Shown: positions 19,227 to 28,244 of the stretch, one piece after another
Layout of the letters: every line of letters begins with the position of its first letter
Position numbering within the stretch: the first letter of the stretch is position 1
Virus record (IMG/VR): IMGVR_UViG_3300031949_000082
Coordinates: 1 to 42,824 of that record
Reading direction: 5' to 3' (one strand)
Source of the DNA: a virus
Taxonomy: Duplodnaviria > Caudoviricetes
DNA length: 42,824 nt
Translations under genes and position numbers: made by a program
Notes under the pieces: generated by a model
What the model was told of the DNA's origin: nothing
Databases searched by the model: none
Seen by the model: only the letters and a program-made list of their open reading frames with translations

Positions 19227-19505
19227 ATGAGCAGGAAACTGACACTGATCGAGTACGACGAGGATATTTACGACGGCGATGATATGGAGCCGAATATCCA
19301 GGACCCGAATTACTATAACGCCGCCCAGGGCGGCGAACCGGCCGCCACGGCCGCCGAGAGACTCGAGAGCGACCGCGTGGATGCCAAGATCGAAGTGCAG
19401 CTTTCGGACCTGCACGATTACCTGATAGGAATATCGAGCAGTTCCAGTTCTTCATTTTCGAGTTCGAGCTCATCGAGCAGCAGCTCATCGAGTTCCGGGG
19501 CATAA
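19227..19505 (+). CDS. Tail-tip module 1: RKLTLIEYDE strand plus poly-Ser tail
   Basis: N-terminus is paralogous to that of 19552; ends S7-F-S13-GA. Confidence 0.65.
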   Translation: MSRKLTLIEYDEDIYDGDDMEPNIQDPNYYNAAQGGEPAATAAERLESDRVDAKIEVQLSDLHDYLIGISSSSSSSFSSSSSSSSSSSSSGA

Positions 19506-19551
19506 TGGATAATTGACAATTGTCAATTGTCAATTGTCAATTGAAGTAATT

Positions 19552-21078
19552 ATGACGCGAAAACTAACGCTAATTGAATATGACGAAAATGTGTTCGCCG
19601 GCGACGATATGGAGCCCGCGATTCAATTTCGCGAGCAGCTTGGCTCGGTGACGGGCCAAAGGGAACTCGGCGATAGAGAGTTAGAGACTACCGATATCGC
19701 GGAGATTGCCCGGCGGATCGAGGACATGCGGGTGTATGCCAGGGTGATATCGAGCTCATCGAGCGAAAGCTCCTCGAGCAGCACGCCGAGCGAGGAGCTG
19801 TTCGAGCATCACGAGACGGGCGGCGATTCGTCTTATACCATCGGCCAGACCGGCTACGCCCAAATACTCGCTCAGACCTTCACGCCGGATATTGCGCACC
19901 GGATATCGAGAGTGGAACTGGAATTATTCGATCAGCAGGGCAACGGTTTGACGGGCGACATTGCTATCGAGATCAAGGCGACCGACGTCGACGGCCTGCC
20001 CACCGGCCTGGCCCTGGCCGGCGGGACAATCGACGCGGCCGATCTCAATCCGGGCCATTATACAGATGTGTACAATAACATCTATAGATCAGGCACGGGA
20101 GGAACGAGTTATTTGTTTGAGGTTTGTTTTTCCCAGGATGGCCTTCACATGTATTCGATCAGCTATAAGAGTAGCTGGGGCAATTACGGCATTCATCATT
20201 ATATTTTGTCCGCGGCCTGGGACATTACAACGGCGTCATTGGCCGAATCGCACGAGCTTGATGACTGGGGACATGGTTCGTATTTCTTTTTCGCCGCCGG
20301 CACCGGCTACACGGGAATATTTCTCAAGCCCGACGGCACGCGATTGTATATCGTAGGCAACCTTACGTCTTATGGCAGTTACATTTGGAGAATTGACCTC
20401 GACACGCCGTACTATATCGCTTCGGCGACACCCTACATCGCCCAGGATTTGTTTGCAACTCAACAGCAATATTCATGCTGGTTTAACGATGAGGGAACAC
20501 GCCTTTTTACGGCTGACAACTTTAACGATGCCATCTTTCAATACAATTTATCGACGCCCTGGGACCTCACGACATTTTCATCGACGCCGAGTCAGAGTAC
20601 GAGCGTTTCGGCCTATACCAACAGTACACATGGCGTCGCATTTAGCGCCGACGGTCTGAAGATGCAGGTTATCGATGCCCAGAATCACAAAATACTCTTC
20701 TGGAATTTATCGACGGCTTTCAATCTGTCTGGCGAATCGAAGGATTCCTATGAAATGGACATCTCGGACATAATGACAACGCCGGCCGGATGCTATACGA
20801 AAGACAATGGAAAGACTTTCTTTGTTTGCGATGGCAGTGTATCTGCTCTGACGGTCCATCGCTTCGATCTGCCCGCCCTGCACGGCGACTGGCACAGTTG
20901 CGATTTAGGCGCCGGTGACGAGCTGGCAGCCGCGACCCAGTACGCTTTGTGTGCAAGCTATGCGGATTACGAGGACGGGGTCAGCGAGCCGGAGTGGGTC
21001 GATAACGAGGACGGCGACGACAATTACGCCGCCGGGACGCTGCTGCGCTATGACGGCAGCGACTGGTACGACAGTTAG
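19552..21078 (+). CDS. Tail-tip module 2: RKLTLIEYDE strand, Ser linker, beta-sandwich with inserted beta-propeller-like repeats (putative receptor-binding protein)
   Basis: Repeats YILSAAWDITTA, IDLDTPYYIASA, YNLSTPWDLTT, WNLSTAFNLS with F-x-x-DG motifs; AQTFTP...YAL sandwich segments flank them. Confidence 0.65.
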   Translation: MTRKLTLIEYDENVFAGDDMEPAIQFREQLGSVTGQRELGDRELETTDIAEIARRIEDMRVYARVISSSSSESSSSSTPSEELFEHHETGGDSSYTIGQTGYAQILAQTFTPDIAHRISRVELELFDQQGNGLTGDIAIEIKATDVDGLPTGLALAGGTIDAADLNPGHYTDVYNNIYRSGTGGTSYLFEVCFSQDGLHMYSISYKSSWGNYGIHHYILSAAWDITTASLAESHELDDWGHGSYFFFAAGTGYTGIFLKPDGTRLYIVGNLTSYGSYIWRIDLDTPYYIASATPYIAQDLFATQQQYSCWFNDEGTRLFTADNFNDAIFQYNLSTPWDLTTFSSTPSQSTSVSAYTNSTHGVAFSADGLKMQVIDAQNHKILFWNLSTAFNLSGESKDSYEMDISDIMTTPAGCYTKDNGKTFFVCDGSVSALTVHRFDLPALHGDWHSCDLGAGDELAAATQYALCASYADYEDGVSEPEWVDNEDGDDNYAAGTLLRYDGSDWYDS

Positions 21079-21109
21079 TGTTTATTCGTGTTCATTCGTG
21101 GTTTGAATT

Positions 21110-21820
21110 ATGGGTCAGCAGCTCTATACACCGGGTCAATTCGGCAACTGGCCGGCGCCTTTCGCCGGCGAGTGTCTCGTGGAGTGCTGGGGCGGCGGCG
21201 GCACGGGCGGCGGCGGGGCCAACGGCAACGGCACCGGCGGCGGCGGCGGCGCGGGCGGTCAGTACGCATCCAAGACGGTCACCGTCGTCAAGGGCCAGAA
21301 TTATTACTATTCCGCCGCGGCAGATCGGGCCGGGGTCGGAAAGGCCATCAACGGCAATGCGGGCTATAACAGCTATTTGGGTCCACCCGGCGATCCGTTG
21401 GTCCTCGCGGTGGGCGGCTCGGGCGGCCTGGCCTACGATAACGGCGGCACGGGCGGCCAGGGATCGATCACGAACGGCGTGGGTGATACGGTCTATGCCG
21501 GGGGCAGCGGGGCCGATTCAGCCGCCGGCTACGGCGGCGGAGGCGGCGGCGGGGCCGGTTCAACCGGTGCAGGCAACAGCGGTTCCGGCTCGACGGGCGG
21601 GGCGGCCAAGGCGGACAACGGCGGGGCCGGCGGCAACGGCTACGTCGGAAATACCGGTGACGGCTCGCCGGGTGAAGACTACGGCGGCGGCGGCGGCGGA
21701 GCTACCAAGGCCGGTATCAGCGGCGGCGGCAACGGCGGCTATATAAAGATCACGTGGGAAAACATCGCCGGGAGCAAATACGATTTGAATTTCAGAGAGT
21801 ACGGCTATCGATTGGAGTAA
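21110..21820 (+). CDS. Glycine-rich phage tail-associated protein
   Basis: VECWGGGGTGG...GGGGGAGGQY...GGNGGYIKITW pattern. Confidence 0.75.
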   Translation: MGQQLYTPGQFGNWPAPFAGECLVECWGGGGTGGGGANGNGTGGGGGAGGQYASKTVTVVKGQNYYYSAAADRAGVGKAINGNAGYNSYLGPPGDPLVLAVGGSGGLAYDNGGTGGQGSITNGVGDTVYAGGSGADSAAGYGGGGGGGAGSTGAGNSGSGSTGGAAKADNGGAGGNGYVGNTGDGSPGEDYGGGGGGATKAGISGGGNGGYIKITWENIAGSKYDLNFREYGYRLE

Positions 21821-21823
21821 CGC

Positions 21824-22087
21824 ATGGAAGCAGCAGTAATCATCATCCCATTGATCCCTGTTGTCGTGGGATTGTTTTACGCCCTCTATGCCCACGTCTC
21901 CAATACGGACCGCCACGCCGGCAAGAAGGACCTCGTGTTCAAAGACGTCTGCGAGCCGAAAATGAAGGGCCTGGAGGATTGTGTGGAGATCAAGATCGAA
22001 GGACTCAAGGAGCTGATGAATCAGCGGTTCGACAATCTTGAAAGACTGGTGCGCAACGGCGGCGGTCCGCCGAAAATCAGGACGTAA
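21824..22087 (+). CDS. Small membrane protein with coiled coil (possible holin-like)
   Basis: N-terminal hydrophobic helix; RBS GGAG. Confidence 0.5.
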   Translation: MEAAVIIIPLIPVVVGLFYALYAHVSNTDRHAGKKDLVFKDVCEPKMKGLEDCVEIKIEGLKELMNQRFDNLERLVRNGGGPPKIRT

Positions 22088-22135
22088 ATGTGACAAGTGA
22101 CAATTGACAATTATCCATTGTTTTAGGAGCCACGA

Positions 22136-22780
22136 ATGAACACGAATGAACTCGAATCAGTGCAATCTGTGAAATCTGTGGCGAATTTTCCAACATTCGA
22201 GCAATGGATCGGGATCGTGCCCAAGCCGGGCGATTTGGCTCACTACCGCCGCCGGAACTTCTACGATTATTACAAGATCAAATTCGAGATCGCCCTCGGC
22301 GCACGCCCCTCGGCGATCTGCGAGATCGGCGTGCGCTGGGGCTATTCGGCCTTTTCGTTCCTGTCCGCCGCGCCGGCGGCCGCCTACACGGGCTTCGATA
22401 TCGTCGAAGGCACGCACGGCGGGGTCAGGGGGACCGACACGTTCGCCTACGTCCGTGACTTTCTCGAAAAGCATTTTCCGCAGGCCCGCATCGAGCTTCG
22501 CCACGCCGATACACGTCTGCTGACGGAGCTGCCGTGCGGGCCATTCGACTTCGTCCACGTGGACGGCGACCATTCCGAGGCCGGGTGCGCCCACGATCTG
22601 TGCCTGGCCATGGACGCCCTGGAGCCGGGCGGGACGATCCTGGTCGATGACTACCACTATATCGCGGGCGTCCAACGGGCGGCGGACGTATTCTGCGACG
22701 ATCGTGCCGCGGACATCGCCGAGAAAATCGTCCGCGATTCGCTGCGAGGCGAATTGCTCATCGTCAAAGGAGAGAAATAA
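22136..22780 (+). CDS. Class I SAM-dependent methyltransferase (Methyltransf_24-like)
   Basis: EIGVRWGYS, FDFVHVDGDH, GGTILVDDY. Confidence 0.85.
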   Translation: MNTNELESVQSVKSVANFPTFEQWIGIVPKPGDLAHYRRRNFYDYYKIKFEIALGARPSAICEIGVRWGYSAFSFLSAAPAAAYTGFDIVEGTHGGVRGTDTFAYVRDFLEKHFPQARIELRHADTRLLTELPCGPFDFVHVDGDHSEAGCAHDLCLAMDALEPGGTILVDDYHYIAGVQRAADVFCDDRAADIAEKIVRDSLRGELLIVKGEK

Positions 22781-22896
22781 TGGATAATTGTCAATTGTCA
22801 ATTGAAAGTCGTCAAGTGACAATGGACAAGGGACAATGGAAAATTGTCAATCGTCAATTATCAACTGTCAATTGTCAAATAAGGAGGCCCTGAGAA

Positions 22897-23388
22897 ATGA
22901 TCAAGCTGCGTCCCTCGATAGAAGTCGTTCGCCATTGCTGCCCGGCGCCCGTGGCCGGGGCCGAGATCGGCGTATTGGGCGGAGGGCACGCCGTGACGAT
23001 GCTGCGCAATTTCCCCGAACTGAAGATGCTTCATCTGGTCGATTCTTACGGCGGCGTCAGCGAGCAGGATCGCAAGGTGATCGAGTTCAAGAATCGTTTC
23101 GCCGCCGAGGCCGACCGGATCGCCTGGCATATCCGAACGTCTCTGGAAGCCGCTACGGAGTTTCCGGATGCCTGCCTGGATTTCGTCTATATCGACGCGA
23201 ATCATCGGTACTTCGAAGTTGCGCAGGACATCCGGGCGTGGTGGCCGAAGATCAAAGCGGCGGGCCTGTTATGCGGGCACGATTATTTCAGTCACGGCTC
23301 GGTCAAACAGGCCGTCGACGACTGGGCCAAAGAGTTCAATCATTACATCTTTTCAACGGCGCCCGACTGGTGGTGCTTCAAGGAGTGA
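22897..23388 (+). CDS. Class I SAM-dependent methyltransferase (Methyltransf_24-like)
   Basis: AEIGVLGG, LDFVYIDANH, WWPKIKAAGLLCGHDY; RBS AAGGAGG. Confidence 0.85.
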   Translation: MIKLRPSIEVVRHCCPAPVAGAEIGVLGGGHAVTMLRNFPELKMLHLVDSYGGVSEQDRKVIEFKNRFAAEADRIAWHIRTSLEAATEFPDACLDFVYIDANHRYFEVAQDIRAWWPKIKAAGLLCGHDYFSHGSVKQAVDDWAKEFNHYIFSTAPDWWCFKE

Positions 23389-23389
23389 C

Positions 23390-23974
23390 ATGGATATCGA
23401 CTATAAACAAATCATCAAGGACAGCAACGGTCGCATCGCCGTCGAGGACCTGCAGCTCCTGGAGCGGGCCTGCGATGCCTGCCGGGCGAAGAATATCCTC
23501 GAGATAGGCTCCGCCGACGGCGGCTCGTCGGTGGTATTAGGGACAAAGGCCAAAGAGCGAAACGGCCATCTGTGGTGCATCGAGCCGCGGCCGAAACAAC
23601 GGATGCTTGACAACATGGCGACATACGGCCTTGAGGGACATTATACACTGATAGCCAAACCGTCACCGTGGATATCGCTCACCGAATTGTCGGGATTTAT
23701 CGATCTGCTCTTCATCGACGGACGGCACGATCTTCGATGGTGCCTGGTCGATTACCACTACTTCGAGCGTTTTGTCCGCGTCGGCGGCGTCATCGTCTTT
23801 CACGACACGAACGGCCATTGCCGGGAGGACCGCGTTCAGCCGGACTATGGCCGTGAAGGTTACGTGCCTTTGGTCCGTCGGGCCATCGACATCATCCTGA
23901 CGACGGATCCCCTGATCGAGATCGACCGGTCCGACGCCAAAATGGGCGGAGCCATCGCATTCAGAAAGCAATAG
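23390..23974 (+). CDS. Class I SAM-dependent methyltransferase (Methyltransf_24-like)
   Basis: LEIGSADGGS, IDLLFIDGRH, GGVIVFHD; ATG at 23390 after AAGGAG. Confidence 0.85.
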   Translation: MDIDYKQIIKDSNGRIAVEDLQLLERACDACRAKNILEIGSADGGSSVVLGTKAKERNGHLWCIEPRPKQRMLDNMATYGLEGHYTLIAKPSPWISLTELSGFIDLLFIDGRHDLRWCLVDYHYFERFVRVGGVIVFHDTNGHCREDRVQPDYGREGYVPLVRRAIDIILTTDPLIEIDRSDAKMGGAIAFRKQ

Positions 23975-24026
23975 GGAATAATGGATAATTGACAATTGAT
24001 AATTGACAATTGTGAAGGGAATCATT

Positions 24027-24908
24027 ATGAACGTCCTCGTCACCGGCGGCTCGGGATTCATAGGCCGCCACGTCTGTCAAAACCTGCTCGACCGGGGCCA
24101 CCATGTCCTTGTCTATGACGTCGCTAAGCCTTTCTTGCCGGGCGTCATTCACATGAGCGGCTGTATCCAGGACAAAAGCAAGCTCTGGTCCGCCATTGAG
24201 ATATCCGATGCCGTGATTCACCTGGCCGGCGTCTTAGGCACGGCCGAGACGATTGAGGATCCACTGCTGCCGATCAATGTCAATATCATCGGCTCCGTAG
24301 ATGTGTTCGAGGCCTGCCGGCGATTCGATAAGCCCGCCTGTTATATCGCCGTCGGCAATCACTTCATGAACAATTCCTACGCGATCACCAAGACGGCCGC
24401 CGAGCGATTCGCCCTGATGTACAACGCCGAGCATGGGACGCGGATCGCCGTCGTGCGCGGCCTGAATGCCTACGGTCCCTGGCAGAAGCACAAGCCGGTC
24501 CGCAAGGTGATTCCGAACTTCGTCATCCCGGCCCTGAAAAACGAGCCGATTATCATTTACGGATCGGGCGGGCAGATCATGGACTTCATTTACGTCGCCG
24601 ACCTGGCGGAGATACTCTGCAGGGCACTCTTGGAGGATCACGGCTGTTACAACCGCGTCATGGAGGGCGGCAGCGGCCGCCGCACCACGATCAACCACGT
24701 TGCCGAGATGGTGATTCGCCTGGCGGGATCGCTCTCAAAGATCGAGCATCACGCCATGCGTGGCGGCGAGACGAGTGATTCGGTGGTCGTGGCCGATGTG
24801 CGGACCCTCGCCCCGCTGCGGTATTCGCCCGGGACCATGGTGTCTCTCGAAGAGGGCCTGGCCCGAACCATCGACTATTACAGAACAAATCCGGAGCAAT
24901 ACGCATGA
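24027..24908 (+). CDS. NAD-dependent nucleotide-sugar epimerase/dehydratase
   Basis: VTGGSGFIG, HLAG, catalytic YAITK, NAYGP, DFIYVAD. Confidence 0.92.
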   Translation: MNVLVTGGSGFIGRHVCQNLLDRGHHVLVYDVAKPFLPGVIHMSGCIQDKSKLWSAIEISDAVIHLAGVLGTAETIEDPLLPINVNIIGSVDVFEACRRFDKPACYIAVGNHFMNNSYAITKTAAERFALMYNAEHGTRIAVVRGLNAYGPWQKHKPVRKVIPNFVIPALKNEPIIIYGSGGQIMDFIYVADLAEILCRALLEDHGCYNRVMEGGSGRRTTINHVAEMVIRLAGSLSKIEHHAMRGGETSDSVVVADVRTLAPLRYSPGTMVSLEEGLARTIDYYRTNPEQYA

Positions 24909-25618
24909 ATTGTTATTTTTTCACCTACGTCGATCTGAATCCGAAGTACCTCGCCGAGGCCGATATCCTGATCCGGTCCGGGCGGCGGTTCGGCCGTGAC
25001 ATTCATTTGTTCGAGATCCCCGACGGCGCGATGTGGAATCGCTATAAGGTGGAGCTGCTCGCCGGCGACCTGCCCGAGGCCGATCGTTACATCTGCCTCG
25101 ATGGGGACACAATCATGACGGGTCCCGGCGATTGGGAAAGCGACGATTGCCGGGGTGTGATGGACATTCTCTATTACATGAATGAGCCGGACCGGCTCAA
25201 GCATACCCATGCCTTCATCAAGAATCACACGCTGCTGGACGGCGATCCGGGCGCTTACGAGTTCATTCTCTCGCTCTGGCGAGAGCGGCAGTGTCCGATC
25301 TGGCCGAACAGCGGCGTTGTAATCCTCGACGCCTCGATCCGGCTGCCGTTCGCCGGGTTATGGAAACAATGGATGGCGGCAATCGATTCGCATTGCGACA
25401 AGGGCTATGTCGTCGGGGACGAGGCGCCGTGTACGTTCGCCCGGGCGGAGTTCGGCCTGCCGCTGCTGCCGCCGCGATTCAACGTCTGCCTCAAATGGCA
25501 GCCTATGCCGCCTGATGCCGTGCTGCTGCATGCCGACGGCAACGTCACCGGCGAAAAACGCATCCCTTATAACCGGGCCGTGGAGGACCTGATCGCTTAT
25601 GAACGAAGTTGCGGATAA
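24905..25618 (+). CDS. GT-A fold glycosyltransferase (GT8-like)
   Basis: YICLDGDT (DxD), NSGVVI, GDEAP, LPPRFN, LLHAD. Confidence 0.7.
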   Translation: MNCYFFTYVDLNPKYLAEADILIRSGRRFGRDIHLFEIPDGAMWNRYKVELLAGDLPEADRYICLDGDTIMTGPGDWESDDCRGVMDILYYMNEPDRLKHTHAFIKNHTLLDGDPGAYEFILSLWRERQCPIWPNSGVVILDASIRLPFAGLWKQWMAAIDSHCDKGYVVGDEAPCTFARAEFGLPLLPPRFNVCLKWQPMPPDAVLLHADGNVTGEKRIPYNRAVEDLIAYERSCG

Positions 25619-26327
25619 ATCGTCAATCACTTTTCCGTCCTGGCACGGCGAGTTCGGCTGGGAGGTGATGACCTGGGCGCCGTTCTGCCGCCTGGCGGCC
25701 CATGGCCGTGATCGGGTAGTCGTAACCAGTTTCGAGGGGATGGGTCCCTTATATGCCGATTTCGCAACCGAATTTATTTCTCATGACGGGATCGGACGGG
25801 CTCTGAATTATCCGAAGCACTACAGGCTCAAGGGCGATTTCTATCGCTACGGACGCCCGGGCGACTCGAAATACTCCTGCAATATCCTGGTCCACGCCCG
25901 CGGCATTCGCCGCAAATCCAATATCAACTATCGAAACTGGCTCGATGCCGTCATGCTCCTGCCGCAGGCATACACCGTCGGGTGGATAGGCTCTGCCGAT
26001 GACGATTATATATCCTGCACCGGCCTGGACCTGCGCGGTCTCAAGCTGCAGTCGCTGATGGACCTGATCGCCCGGGCGAAGGTCGTTGTGGGCGTCAGCT
26101 CCGGCGTCATGCACTTAGCCGCCGCCTGCGGAACGAACATTGTCACGTGGGGCGACCGCCGGACCTATTTCGGCGAGACCCTCGAACGGCGATACAAAGT
26201 CACATGGAACCCGCACAACGTCCGGGTCGGCTGGATTGACGCCGACGACTGGCAGCCGCAGCCGGAACGGATCGTCGAAGAAATCGAAAGGATGCTTGAA
26301 AATGGAACCACGAATGAACACGAATAA
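25599..26327 (+). CDS. GT9-like glycosyltransferase
   Basis: GEFGWE; DLRGLKLQSLMDLIARAKVVVGVSSGVMHLAAACG. Confidence 0.75.
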   Translation: MNEVADKSSITFPSWHGEFGWEVMTWAPFCRLAAHGRDRVVVTSFEGMGPLYADFATEFISHDGIGRALNYPKHYRLKGDFYRYGRPGDSKYSCNILVHARGIRRKSNINYRNWLDAVMLLPQAYTVGWIGSADDDYISCTGLDLRGLKLQSLMDLIARAKVVVGVSSGVMHLAAACGTNIVTWGDRRTYFGETLERRYKVTWNPHNVRVGWIDADDWQPQPERIVEEIERMLENGTTNEHE

Positions 26328-28242
26328 AATGGATAATGGACAATTGACAATGGAAAATGGAGGTATCCCGAATCGTCAATCGTCAATTGTCAATTGCAGA
26401 GTCTTACTGCGCAACACCCAGCCGCTTTTAGGAGATCGGCTGATGTTCACGCCCCTGGTTCGGGATCTCAAAAAGGCCCATCCGGATTGGCAAATTGGCG
26501 TGCTGTCCGCCGGGCCGGAGATATGGCTGAATAATCCGCACGTGGACTTTTCAATCAACGAGGCGAACGCCGACAAAATTTACGACGTCGGGCCGGGCAA
26601 GGTCACGCGGGGCAGTAAGACCAACGGGCTTCATATCACGGCGGCTTTCCGCTGCTCGCTGGAAGAGCAGTTGGGCGAAACCATCCCCCAGGGTCCCTTC
26701 AAGCCGGACGTTTACCTTTCGGACGCCGAGAAGGCCCACCGGCTCATCGCCGGTGACTATTGGGTCATCAATTGCGATACGGGTCCGTTCACCGCCAAGC
26801 GATGGCCGCTGGAGCGGTTCCAGGCCGTCATCGATGCGATGCCGGACCTGATGTTCGTCCAGGTCGGCTTAGGCAAGGATTGCCGCGGGCGGCTGACGGG
26901 CCCTAATGTCATCGATCTGATTGATAGAACCAAGGTCCGCGAACTCTTCAGTCTTGTCTATCATGCCCACGGCTGCATCAGCCTGGTCAGTTCTCTGATG
27001 CACGTTGCCGCCGCCTTCGAGAAGCCCTGCGTGGTCATCGCCGGCGGCCGCGAGCCGCCTACGTTCGAGCGGTACGCTTATCATCGCTTTATCGACAACG
27101 TGGGCTGCCTACGCTGCTGCAGGATGCAGGCCTGCTGGCATAACGCATTATCCGCCTGCAAGGACCATGACGGCAATTACGCCCGGTGCATGAGGCTCAT
27201 AGAGGCCCCTGACGTTGTCTCCGGCTTGCGATCCTATTATCGGGGCGGCAGGCTCGAATCGCCCAAGTCTCTCACAGCCACGGCCAAGCTGAGACCCTTG
27301 CTTCGAATCGTGGCGAAAGGTTCGTTCTTAGGCGGGGCGGAACGGTCCTGGACGACGATTGCCCGTCTGTTCGTTAAAAATAACTGGCGGGTCGAGATTT
27401 CGCCGCCGGAGCCGCTGAATCCCGCCGTAGCGGCGCAACTGCCGCCGGAGGCCGTCGTAACGAACCATCTGTCGCGCCCCTGCGACGTGCTGCTGTTCTA
27501 CGCCTCGGACCTGGTCTTCGGATTCGACGATCCCCGATATGAGATTTTCAATCGCATCGACGCCGGCCGCAAAGTCATGGCCTTGACGTATAAGATCGGC
27601 AAGGCGGGCGAGTCGCCCTGGACGGAGGGCTGGGACCGGTATTTGTTCCTGTGCTCGGCGCTTCGCGATGTCTTCGTTAATAAATCGAATCGCTGTGAAA
27701 CGCAAGTTCTCGCGCCGTGCGTGGATCTCGAGCCGTTCCTGGCCGTCCGGCCGGACTACGAACAATCGTCAATCCATTTAGTCCGTCACAGTTCCCAGGG
27801 CGAGAAGAAGTACCCGATGGTGGATTTGCTGCAGATCGTTCAGCACACATCGGCGAGGTATAGTTTCATGCCGAGGCCGGCCATCCTGCCGGAGCGGTCG
27901 CATTCAACGCCCTGGTCCGACGATCCGAAAGCGGTCGCCGCGTTTCTCGCATCGGGCAATTGCTTCTGGTACCTGCTGCCGGAGGGCTATACCGACCAGG
28001 GACCGCGGGTGATTGTGGAGGCCATGGCCGCCGGCCTGCCCGTCATCGCCGAGAACCGGGACGGCGCCAAGGACCGCGTGACGCCCGAGGCCGGCTGGCT
28101 CCTGGATTCGCACGGGCAGGCTGCAGAGTTAATCAATGGCTTAACCCCGGCGATCCTCGCTGAGAAAGGCCGGGCCGCCCGCCGGCGGGCGATGGAAGAA
28201 TTCAAACCCGAAAAATGGTTCGAGGCGATTAAAGGAAATTGA
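26314..28242 (+). CDS. Two-domain glycosyltransferase (GT9-like + GT4-like)
   Basis: LGDRLMFT, KRWP, SSLMHVAAAFEKPCVVI; then LGGAERS and DQGPRVIVEAMAAGLPVIA. Start uncertain (26302/26314/26329). Confidence 0.85.
   Translation: MNTNKMDNGQLTMENGGIPNRQSSIVNCRVLLRNTQPLLGDRLMFTPLVRDLKKAHPDWQIGVLSAGPEIWLNNPHVDFSINEANADKIYDVGPGKVTRGSKTNGLHITAAFRCSLEEQLGETIPQGPFKPDVYLSDAEKAHRLIAGDYWVINCDTGPFTAKRWPLERFQAVIDAMPDLMFVQVGLGKDCRGRLTGPNVIDLIDRTKVRELFSLVYHAHGCISLVSSLMHVAAAFEKPCVVIAGGREPPTFERYAYHRFIDNVGCLRCCRMQACWHNALSACKDHDGNYARCMRLIEAPDVVSGLRSYYRGGRLESPKSLTATAKLRPLLRIVAKGSFLGGAERSWTTIARLFVKNNWRVEISPPEPLNPAVAAQLPPEAVVTNHLSRPCDVLLFYASDLVFGFDDPRYEIFNRIDAGRKVMALTYKIGKAGESPWTEGWDRYLFLCSALRDVFVNKSNRCETQVLAPCVDLEPFLAVRPDYEQSSIHLVRHSSQGEKKYPMVDLLQIVQHTSARYSFMPRPAILPERSHSTPWSDDPKAVAAFLASGNCFWYLLPEGYTDQGPRVIVEAMAAGLPVIAENRDGAKDRVTPEAGWLLDSHGQAAELINGLTPAILAEKGRAARRRAMEEFKPEKWFEAIKGN
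26335..26396. repeat. 62-nt hairpin-forming element, identical to 35315..35376
   Basis: Exact duplicate including the non-repeat core AGGTATCCCG; arms CAATTGACAAT / ATTGTCAATTG. Confidence 0.85.
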
Positions 28243-28244
28243 AC

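Noticed and set aside
22136-23974. Methyltransferases as DNA methyltransferases
   Set aside because: They lack DPPY/NPPY or PC catalytic motifs. The IDGxH and HD patterns fit small-molecule or sugar methyltransferases.
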